Shown one piece after another: positions 10,413-18,248 of a stretch of DNA of 47,387 nucleotides. Position 1 is the first letter of the stretch. Every line of letters begins with the position of its first letter. Source of the DNA: Candidatus Kerfeldbacteria bacterium RIFCSPHIGHO2_12_FULL_48_17 (lineage in GTDB: Bacteria > Patescibacteriota > Patescibacteriia > HO2-48-17); the NCBI GenBank assembly GCA_001818775.1, contig MHKD01000011.1:1-47387 (forward strand), read 5' to 3'. The translations under genes and the position numbers were made by a program. The notes under the pieces are model-generated. The model was not told where the DNA came from. It saw only the letters and a list, made by a program, of their open reading frames with translations, and did no database searches.

Positions 10413-11834
10413 TTAAACGCGTCTGTCCACAATCCTTTTTTCTTTCAATTCACTTTCCATACCCAGTGCGTTGATGAGCAGTTGGCGATCATGCATGTTT
10501 ACCACAGGGCGCACCGCGAGTTCTCGGGCTACATATTCTTCCACCATAACATCACAGGCGGTGCATTCCTCCCCGTGCACACAGGCGACATTCACATGAA
10601 GTTCATCCAACTCAAACACGTCATTATCTTTTTTACGAATTTCCACCTGCCATTCATCTATCTCTTTCATTCCATTTAATAAAGGGTAAAAAGCGTTGAG
10701 ATTCACCAGTTCGCCTTTCACTTTGCTCAATCGTAGTTCCTTGTGTTCGGATTTTCGTTCAATTTCGTAGTGTAAACGCGGCGTCGTTCGCCCGCAGTGC
10801 GTACATGGCTCGTATGTTAATCCTGCGCACATATCCCCTGTCCGGTAACGCATCACCGTTGAACCACGCCAGTCCAGAGCAGTGTACACTATCTCACCCG
10901 GTTGCCCTTCTTTGACACGCTGTCCTTCTTCATCAACCAGTTCTACAAATTCAAGGTCTGGGTAGAGGTGATAGCCACTTTCTTCATGGCACTGCACCCA
11001 GGCTGTTTTCGCTTCCGTTGAGGCAAAAGTTGATAATATCGTTACGTCGGGAAACATTCCTTTGATTTTTTCGCGGAGTCCAGGTGAAACCCTTTCGCCG
11101 CCAAAAATTATGTGCCGAAGTTTTGGAAAGTTTCTTCCCTGGCGTTTTGCTTCTTTTACAAGATGATAACCATAGCCCGGTAAGGATATAAGAATCGTTG
11201 CTTCCATTTTTTGCAGCGCGTTCAGAATTTTTTCAGTACCGAGAATTTTACCACCGCCTGTATGAAGACAGCGTATTCCGACTGCTTCGGTTGCTTTTTG
11301 CACCTGCCAAAAGGCAAGATGGGGAGCAAAAGGGAAGGCATTGACTACTATGTCTTCTTTAGCGAGACCGGCTGTTTGAAAAATACGGCTGCCGGTTTGC
11401 GCAAGGGTCGCCAGATCGCGTGCTGAATAGAGAAAGGGAATTTGGGCGGAGCTTCGGCCGGTTGTGAAGTGTATGTGAATCGGTTTGAATTCTCTTTCCA
11501 GCGATTCATGTAGATTACCTGTGATCATGTATTTTATCAGGCGCGATTTTGGGTAATGTTTTTTTATTGCTGCCGTGTCGGGCTGCAGAATAAACTGACG
11601 GGGTTTGTCAGGAATATTTTCTGTTGGGAGAATATCCTGTTTGGAAATAAGAGGAATTTTTTGCAGATCGCCCGTGTTTTGTATATCCGACGGTTTTATT
11701 GCGTGTTTTTTCAGGTGATCGCGGAGGAAAGGATGGAAAGGCAAAAGGTGCTTTATAAAAAAGCGCAGTTTTTTGTTTTGGATATTTTCGATTTTTCGCC
11801 TGGGTAGGCGCGACAGGGTTTCCCAGTTTTTCAT
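10413..11834 (-). CDS. Phenylacetate-CoA ligase (PaaK)-like adenylate-forming enzyme
   Basis: HFTTGRSS P-loop-like motif, FGGE, STFASTE, GEIVYT, RYRTGD. Confidence 0.85.
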   Translation of the reverse strand: MKNWETLSRLPRRKIENIQNKKLRFFIKHLLPFHPFLRDHLKKHAIKPSDIQNTGDLQKIPLISKQDILPTENIPDKPRQFILQPDTAAIKKHYPKSRLIKYMITGNLHESLEREFKPIHIHFTTGRSSAQIPFLYSARDLATLAQTGSRIFQTAGLAKEDIVVNAFPFAPHLAFWQVQKATEAVGIRCLHTGGGKILGTEKILNALQKMEATILISLPGYGYHLVKEAKRQGRNFPKLRHIIFGGERVSPGLREKIKGMFPDVTILSTFASTEAKTAWVQCHEESGYHLYPDLEFVELVDEEGQRVKEGQPGEIVYTALDWRGSTVMRYRTGDMCAGLTYEPCTHCGRTTPRLHYEIERKSEHKELRLSKVKGELVNLNAFYPLLNGMKEIDEWQVEIRKKDNDVFELDELHVNVACVHGEECTACDVMVEEYVARELAVRPVVNMHDRQLLINALGMESELKEKRIVDRRV

Positions 11835-11934
11835 AAACTAGTGCAAAAATCCGCAAGTTAATATTGGCATTTATACCTTTACTATGACAAATTTTACTTG
11901 TTTTGGCAATGTGGGTGCTGGTGTCGAATTTTTA

Positions 11935-11963
11935 TTGACAAGATAATCATTTTATGTCATTAT
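11935..11963 (+). promoter_or_regulatory. Sigma70-type promoter of the TrmB-like gene
   Basis: TTGACA-N17-CATTAT with extended TG, 10 nt upstream of the ATG. Confidence 0.55.
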
Positions 11964-11973
11964 CTAGGTACTT

Positions 11974-12726
11974 ATGAATGCTAATATTCCTCTCAAATCA
12001 AAGTTAAAAACCCTGGGCCTGAGTGATAATGAGGCTGATGTGTATATTTTTCTTTTGCATGAAGGTCAGGCCTCGGCCAAAGAGATTTTTCGTTCCTTGT
12101 CTTTGACGCGGGCGACTATTTACAATATTTTGGATGACCTCACGGATTTTGGTCTTTTGTCTTCTGTTCAGCAGAGTAACAAAAAAATCTATATCTGTGA
12201 ATCTCCAACGAATCTGCAGAATTTTATTCACAAACGCTTTGAACAGCTTAAAATACAGGAAAGATTGTTGGCTGATAGTATGTCGCAATTTATGGCGGAA
12301 TTTCAAAAGAGTCGAACGGACTGGCCTCAGGTGACATTTTTTGAAGGTATGGAGGGTTTGATTGCCTGTCAGGATGAGCTGATACGGAGTAGGCCGAAAA
12401 AAGCTTACGAAATAGTGAATATGGATCTTAATCCTTTTAAGGTGGATTTAAGAGAGGCTGAACATACTAAACATAAAATTCAGTTTGAATCGATCTATAC
12501 CTCAGAAAAGGGCGAAACCTTAGATCCTAAAAGTAAAGACAGTTATTTTCTACCGCGATCAGTTTTTTCAAATTTTAATATAGAAATTGTTATTTACCGT
12601 AACAGAGTGCTTATCAGTACGGTAGAACATAAAATCAGAACCATCGTTATAGACAATGAAGAAATCGCAGATGCTTTTTTGGATATTTTTCATATCATTA
12701 AGGAAAAAGCAAAAGAGAAAAAATAA
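11974..12726 (+). CDS. TrmB-family transcriptional regulator
   Basis: LGLSDNEADVYIFLL...RATIYNILDDL wHTH; FFEGMEG motif. Confidence 0.88.
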   Translation: MNANIPLKSKLKTLGLSDNEADVYIFLLHEGQASAKEIFRSLSLTRATIYNILDDLTDFGLLSSVQQSNKKIYICESPTNLQNFIHKRFEQLKIQERLLADSMSQFMAEFQKSRTDWPQVTFFEGMEGLIACQDELIRSRPKKAYEIVNMDLNPFKVDLREAEHTKHKIQFESIYTSEKGETLDPKSKDSYFLPRSVFSNFNIEIVIYRNRVLISTVEHKIRTIVIDNEEIADAFLDIFHIIKEKAKEKK

Positions 12727-13143
12727 AAGTAGGCAGTTACATACAATGAGAGAAAGTAAAAAATTATATGTAACCATCTGATTAGCCTTCGTTGCCACTG
12801 CTGGAGCATACATACTCTGTGATTCCATATCTGATAGGATATCGTTTTCGATAAGGTACAAAATTTAGAATCACTTTGTTAATGTGGGTTAACATTATTT
12901 CCTCTTGCGGTTTGGTTTTTGATGTTATTCATCTAATATAAGGGTAACTTTCTATTAGTTATTTGTCAATATAAACTAACAGTATAAATACATATAGAAA
13001 TTTAATACGCTAAAAATAAATAAAAATATACATTTATAGAATAGTTGTATAATTTATATTTGACATATTCTATAGAATAAGCTAAGTTACTTTATACACA
13101 CTACGTCATTAGGAGTAGGAGTTCTCAGTATTTAACATAAAGT

Positions 13144-13494
13144 ATGCAACGGAGGGAAAAATTACCAGCCCAGCCTGATTATCCACAGGATGATATATAC
13201 ATACAGGACGCTCAAAAAGACAGTTACCACCTGAGGCAGTTTATAAGAACGCTTGCCAATATCACACAAGAGAGACACATTCACGAAATTTTTTCTTCAC
13301 TTTATGATCCTTTTGAGATAAAGGGATTGGGAAAAAGATTTTGTTTTCTGAAACAAATGCTCAACGATATCAAAGAGCCACCGCACCCCCTGCTTCGACC
13401 GGACGATCGTTTTGCCTGGGCCAAGGTGGCTCTTATGTTTCGTTATAAAAAAAGTAAATCCCTTCTTAAAAAAATTATAGAAAAAGCTGACTGA
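13144..13494 (+). CDS. Hypothetical protein; 3' third lies in direct repeat copy 1
   Basis: 116-aa ORF with upstream TTGACA promoter-like element; no family recognised. Confidence 0.4.
   Translation: MQRREKLPAQPDYPQDDIYIQDAQKDSYHLRQFIRTLANITQERHIHEIFSSLYDPFEIKGLGKRFCFLKQMLNDIKEPPHPLLRPDDRFAWAKVALMFRYKKSKSLLKKIIEKAD
13365..13485 (+). repeat. 121-bp direct repeat, copy 1
   Basis: Matches 16223-16343 with 2 mismatches by manual alignment. Confidence 0.95.
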
Positions 13495-13871
13495 AGTTTC
13501 AGGCAGCTTTTCGGGATTATATCTTTTTGCCAAGGTTGAGATACTGATGGGTAGCAAGGATGTTTCAGAGTCGGCGCAGAAGCGGCTGCTTTTTTAAGGA
13601 TGAGTAGAGCCGTCGCTTCTCAAAATGTGGATAACTTTACTCTTGTGCAATCCTCTAATTTTGTTATTATCAATGTAGATGTTTTTCAGATTATCCGAAC
13701 TCAACAGCGTAGCGACGCAAAAACCATAAGAGGTTTATATGTGTAAACGTTCTTTGAAAACATGTTTGATGACACTGGTTCTCATCTGTCTACCCGGACC
13801 GGTCGTCTGGTCGGACACAGGACAGACGCGGTTATAGCGTTGCTAAAACAAGCAGAAAGGAGGAGTTCATC

Positions 13872-15224
13872 ATGTCAACTAGACTCAGCGCACCCGTAGA
13901 CGTCCAAATTGAGCTGACACAAACTTGTAATTGGCAGTGTCGTCATTGTTACAATTTCTGGCGTCCAGCTCAGACAACAACGAATCTCAGTCAACATCTT
14001 TCCTGCGATAATATTATTCACATCGTGAAGGAGCTCGCCTCGAATCAAGTCCCATCAATCACAATTACCGGCGGTGAACCGTTTTCTCGGCGTAGAGAAA
14101 TTTTTATGCTACTGGAAATGACTAAGAAGGCTGGTATTCACGCATCAATCAACACAAATCTTAGTCTTGTGGGAAAAGAAGACATTGAAAAGCTCGTTGA
14201 CGAATATAACAATGTATCGATTCTCTTCTCACTTTTGTCAGCAGATGCGGCAGAGCACGAACGTCTTGCCGGTGCTCCGAGTGGCACTTACACCAAAGTA
14301 ATTAACACAGCAGCCTTAATTATCCAGCGTGGAATTCCAGTAAGTTTAAATATGGTTCTCATGCGAGAAAATCTTCATGCAATGGAGATCACTGCCCGCC
14401 TTGCTAAAAGACTTGGTACGCGCACATTTTGCGCGACCAAGGTACTCCCTAATACTCATGCGCCTGATGGTACACTTCTTCTTTCAGCAGAGGAGGTGCA
14501 TTGGTCTCTCGCTGAACTGATGCGGATTGAGGAACTGCTCGATATCCCTGTTGACATTTTAGGTTGTTATCCAAGATGTCTCCTTGTGGGCACGTCTGCG
14601 CACCAACGTTTTTCACATCGCACCTGCGTTGCTGGCTACACAACCGTTACTATCGGCGCCGATGGAGGTGTGCGACCATGCTCCCACATGGAAATGAGTT
14701 ACGGGAGTATATTTCACGAACCGCTCATTGATATCTGGGAGAAAATGGACGGCTGGCGCGAGGGTGAATTTATTCCAGAACAATGTCGTAATTGTTTGTT
14801 CCTGTCCGCATGCAGAGGAGGTTGTCGTGTTAATACACTTACGCCTGGTTTGCACAATATGGATTTTTATGCCGACCCACAGCGTCTGACCAGCTTACCA
14901 CAAAAATGTCTTACTCCCCGTATACCGGAAGAGACAAGTGATATTGTAGCCAAGTCTATAATGTGTCCGCAAGTGAAGTTTCGCAAGGAACCTTTTGGAG
15001 CGTTGATTTACACAACCAACCCCCTTGCCATCATGTTGGTAAATCACAGCACGATCGACTTTCTTATGAATGTGGCGGAAAAAAGAGAGGATTTTGACTT
15101 ATTTTCCTTCCTCGAGCAATCAGGTGCGAGAACTGAGGCAGAACGGCGTGGTGTCAAGTACCTTTATCAAAAACTCGTTCGGAAGGGATTTCTTATAACA
15201 CTAACCGAGCATGAAAGGAGGTGA
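13872..15224 (+). CDS. Radical SAM/SPASM peptide maturase with C-terminal RRE (PqqD-like) domain
   Basis: CNWQCRHC (CxxxCxxC), TGGEP, SPASM cysteines (TCVAG..VRPC..CRNC..CRGGC), C-terminal wHTH-like extension; SD AGAAAGGAGG. Confidence 0.92.
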   Translation: MSTRLSAPVDVQIELTQTCNWQCRHCYNFWRPAQTTTNLSQHLSCDNIIHIVKELASNQVPSITITGGEPFSRRREIFMLLEMTKKAGIHASINTNLSLVGKEDIEKLVDEYNNVSILFSLLSADAAEHERLAGAPSGTYTKVINTAALIIQRGIPVSLNMVLMRENLHAMEITARLAKRLGTRTFCATKVLPNTHAPDGTLLLSAEEVHWSLAELMRIEELLDIPVDILGCYPRCLLVGTSAHQRFSHRTCVAGYTTVTIGADGGVRPCSHMEMSYGSIFHEPLIDIWEKMDGWREGEFIPEQCRNCLFLSACRGGCRVNTLTPGLHNMDFYADPQRLTSLPQKCLTPRIPEETSDIVAKSIMCPQVKFRKEPFGALIYTTNPLAIMLVNHSTIDFLMNVAEKREDFDLFSFLEQSGARTEAERRGVKYLYQKLVRKGFLITLTEHERR

Positions 15225-15229
15225 TAATT

Positions 15230-15391
15230 ATGCAACAAGAAATTTTTGATGAATTAGTCGATTCGGATGAACACAATGAACAGAGAGAAGTGTTCGCTGA
15301 AGTATCGCTATTCGACGCAGAGATGGTCGGTGGCGATGAAAGCGGTGACTGCGCTTGTTTCAATTGTGATGGAAATCCTTGTCACAAATGA
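15230..15391 (+). CDS. Putative RiPP precursor peptide, 53 aa (acidic leader, GG motif, Cys-rich core)
   Basis: MQQEIFDELVDSDEHNEQREVFAEVSLFDAEMVGG|DESGDCACFNCDGNPCHK; strong SD AAGGAGGTG overlapping the rSAM stop. Confidence 0.85.
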   Translation: MQQEIFDELVDSDEHNEQREVFAEVSLFDAEMVGGDESGDCACFNCDGNPCHK

Positions 15392-15419
15392 TTATTTGAT
15401 GCACATTTTTCGTAACATC

Positions 15420-15446
15420 AAGGGGAGGTTTATTACACTTCCCCTT
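15420..15446. terminator. Hairpin between precursor and convergent peptidase
   Basis: AAGGGGAG...CTTCCCCTT inverted repeat. Confidence 0.65.
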
Positions 15447-15447
15447 C

Positions 15448-16122
15448 TTATTTTACAAAATATTTTTTGAAATCTGCCATCACATCATGGGGATTATCAC
15501 CGAAATAGAGTGGAATACTTGTTACGGAAAAACGTGTTAATTTATGGGAATTTATTGCTGCAATAAATTTTTTCCATCCGTACAACCTTACAAAAAACAT
15601 AACGAGCAAACCGGCAATATTATAGCCGTTGTATTTTGCGGCAAATTTCCAGGAAACACCCCTGAACGGTATGTTTTTCTGCGCGATTTTTTTCCAATCC
15701 GTGGTTGATATGGAAGGTTTAAAGATTTGAGCTGCAACATATACCGATATTCCTTCCTTTAACCAATCCGACAATTTTGGATTTAATATATTTATATAAA
15801 GATGGGTCATTTCATGCAATAGTACCTGGCTTAATGTCTTCTTTGATGTGATACTGTCTTTATTATCAAATATGTAAATACAGGAGGTACTGTTTTTGGG
15901 CACATGAGCTATGAACCAGGTTGGCACCTTTTTAGTGGGAAGCGTTTTTAAAAAAGAGTTTTTATTTCGAAAAATGTGAACTGTAAGAGAAAGAAGCTGA
16001 ACAGGAAACATTCTAGCCAGTTTTTGCATATTTGAATGAGTATGCCTGATGTAAAAATCCTTTTGATATGTTCCTGGTTCGAATACAAATTTTATTTTTG
16101 TTTTCCGTCTTCTGTTGGTCAT
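15448..16122 (-). CDS. Gluzincin-type (clan MA) zinc metallopeptidase
   Basis: LLHEMTH (HEXXH) followed by WLKEGIS third-ligand Glu motif. Confidence 0.75.
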   Translation of the reverse strand: MTNRRRKTKIKFVFEPGTYQKDFYIRHTHSNMQKLARMFPVQLLSLTVHIFRNKNSFLKTLPTKKVPTWFIAHVPKNSTSCIYIFDNKDSITSKKTLSQVLLHEMTHLYINILNPKLSDWLKEGISVYVAAQIFKPSISTTDWKKIAQKNIPFRGVSWKFAAKYNGYNIAGLLVMFFVRLYGWKKFIAAINSHKLTRFSVTSIPLYFGDNPHDVMADFKKYFVK

Positions 16123-16222
16123 AGTGTAATTTCGTCTCTCGTGATTTTTAATTCCTTATCACTATATCAAAAGTGGCGAATAATGTCATTATTGCGCAAT
16201 GCGTTTTATATCGAGTTCCCAG

Positions 16223-16343
16223 CGATATCAAAGAGCCACCGCACCCCCTGCTTCGACCGGACGATCGTTTCGCTTGGGCCAAGGTGGCTCTTATGTTTCG
16301 TTATAAAAAAAGTAAATCCCTTCTTAAAAAAATTATAGAAAAA
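16223..16343 (+). repeat. 121-bp direct repeat, copy 2
   Basis: Matches 13365-13485. Confidence 0.95.
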
Positions 16344-16510
16344 AACAGTCGTTAATATTTTCGAGATAGGCTCATGGTTCGGATGTATTTTATCATGTCA
16401 TTTACATCTATTTTTGAAGTATTGGGATTGCCACTCATAAATCGTAGTGGGTATAGAATGGCATCTTCCTTATTGGATTCGGTAAGTGTGTTGTCCATGC
16501 TATCAAAATA

Positions 16511-18238
16511 TCATTCTTTCACTAAATCGTTGAGATTATATGGTTTTGTCAATTCTTTCTTGATTTCTTCAAGTTTCTCAATTTCAATCTTCTCATATAA
16601 TGGTTTTGGCTTATGAATTCTGTGACCCTTGGAAATATCCATCTTGGAAGCTTTTTCCCAAATTTCAGGCGTGTCCAGTGAGCCGCTAAAGTTCAATTGA
16701 TTATTCCAAAGTTCCTGCATTCCGGTTGGCATAATTGGCGACAAAACAATTGCCAAAGATTTTGCTAAGTTAAGGGTGATGTATAAAACCTTTTTTGCAG
16801 ATTCCAAATCTCCTTTTTTTACCAGCGACCAGGGTTCTTTCCTGTCCAAATAGACATTCCCTTCTCTGGCGTAATCAAGCATTTTTTGATATGCCGCTCG
16901 AAATTCCGTTTTGAACAACAATTTACCAATCTCTTCTGGGGTTGTTTTAATGGACGAAATCAGGTTTCTGTCCAACTCATCGTTATTGGTCAACTGTTCT
17001 GCGTCAATACCGAGGGAGCCATTAAAATTATTCCAGATTACATTCAGTGTTCGATTGAAAAAATTTCCGATTTTACCGATTACCTCACTGTTTGTGTGCA
17101 GCCGATACTCGTTCCATTGGAACAGTGAATCTTTGGTTTCCGGAATAACTGAAGTCAGGTACGCCCTGAGTGTGTCGATATTAATGTCAGAATTTAATAT
17201 ATTGTAGCAAAACACGCCAACTCCCTTGCTTTTGGAAAATTTTTTTCCTTCATAGTTGAGATAATGGAATCCGACTATCTTATAGGGCATGGAGTATCCG
17301 CCGTGAGCTATCAGCATGCCCGGCCAAAAAATTGTGTGAAACGGTATATTATCTTTTCCTAAAAAATGAAATATCTTGCTTTTAGTATTTTTCCAATATC
17401 GCTCATAATACTGATTACCCAATTCTTTAGTGAAGGTGATATATCCGATCGGTGCGTCAAACCATACATAAAAAACTTTATTTTTAAACTCCGGAACAGG
17501 AACACTCACCCCCCAAGTCAAATCTCTGGTTATTGATCTGGGTTTGAGTCCGTCGTCAATCCATTTTTTTGCGATACTGTATACGTGATTGTTCCAGATT
17601 CCTTTTTTACTCTCCACCCATGCGTCAATTTTTTTCGATAATTTCTCCAAATCGAGAAACAAATGAGGTGAGAGTTTGTATGTTGGAATTTCACCACATA
17701 TCCTGCATCGTGCATCAATTAACTCACCCGGATTGATGACAGTGCTGCATGTTTCACACTGGTCGGCGTATGCCGATGTGTAGCCGCATGTTGGACACGT
17801 ACCAATCACAAATCGATCCGGCAGAAACAGTGAATCGCGTTGGCAAAAGTACATCTTCAATTCTTCTCTGTGCAGATAAACTCCTTTGGCATCAATCACC
17901 TTAAAAAAATCCTTTGTCACTTCATGGTGAATCGATTTCGATGTTCTGGAATAATTGGTATAGCTGATATTCAGCTTCTTATATACATTTTTGTGAATTG
18001 CGTGTAAACGATCCGTTAATTGTTTCACAGGAATTCCCAATTCCTGAGCCGCGATCACCGACGGCGTGCCGTGTTCATCTGATCCCCCGATAAATGTAAC
18101 GTCGTGTCCCTTTGCTCTGCAGAAACGATAAAAGATATCGGCTGGAAGATGAGAGCCGACAATATGGCCCAGATGGGGCACGTTATTGATGTAGGGCAAT
18201 GCGGCGGTGATAAGTATGGTTTCTTTTTCCGTAGGCAT
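16511..18238 (-). CDS. metG: Methionyl-tRNA synthetase (KFSKS type, zinc knuckles, no C-terminal dimerisation domain)
   Basis: TAALPYIN..HLGH, GSDEHG, YVWFDAPIGY, GKDNIPFH, KFSKS; likely start ATG 18238 rather than 18388. Confidence 0.95.
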   Translation of the reverse strand: MPTEKETILITAALPYINNVPHLGHIVGSHLPADIFYRFCRAKGHDVTFIGGSDEHGTPSVIAAQELGIPVKQLTDRLHAIHKNVYKKLNISYTNYSRTSKSIHHEVTKDFFKVIDAKGVYLHREELKMYFCQRDSLFLPDRFVIGTCPTCGYTSAYADQCETCSTVINPGELIDARCRICGEIPTYKLSPHLFLDLEKLSKKIDAWVESKKGIWNNHVYSIAKKWIDDGLKPRSITRDLTWGVSVPVPEFKNKVFYVWFDAPIGYITFTKELGNQYYERYWKNTKSKIFHFLGKDNIPFHTIFWPGMLIAHGGYSMPYKIVGFHYLNYEGKKFSKSKGVGVFCYNILNSDINIDTLRAYLTSVIPETKDSLFQWNEYRLHTNSEVIGKIGNFFNRTLNVIWNNFNGSLGIDAEQLTNNDELDRNLISSIKTTPEEIGKLLFKTEFRAAYQKMLDYAREGNVYLDRKEPWSLVKKGDLESAKKVLYITLNLAKSLAIVLSPIMPTGMQELWNNQLNFSGSLDTPEIWEKASKMDISKGHRIHKPKPLYEKIEIEKLEEIKKELTKPYNLNDLVKE

Positions 18239-18248
18239 ATGTTTAATT

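Noticed and set aside
13179-13634. Two perfect DnaA boxes (TTATCCACA 13179-13187, TGTGGATAA 13626-13634) beside an AT-rich tract as a possible oriC
   Set aside because: Only two boxes about 450 bp apart, one inside an ORF, no dnaA/dnaN nearby, and within an accessory region
15267-15470. 67-aa ORF from the track overlapping the precursor
   Set aside because: Different frame with no RBS; the 15230-15391 frame has a strong SD and RiPP-precursor features
13365-16343. Direct repeats as a DGR template/variable pair
   Set aside because: Only two mismatches, in opposite directions (not adenine-specific from one copy), and no reverse transcriptase in the window
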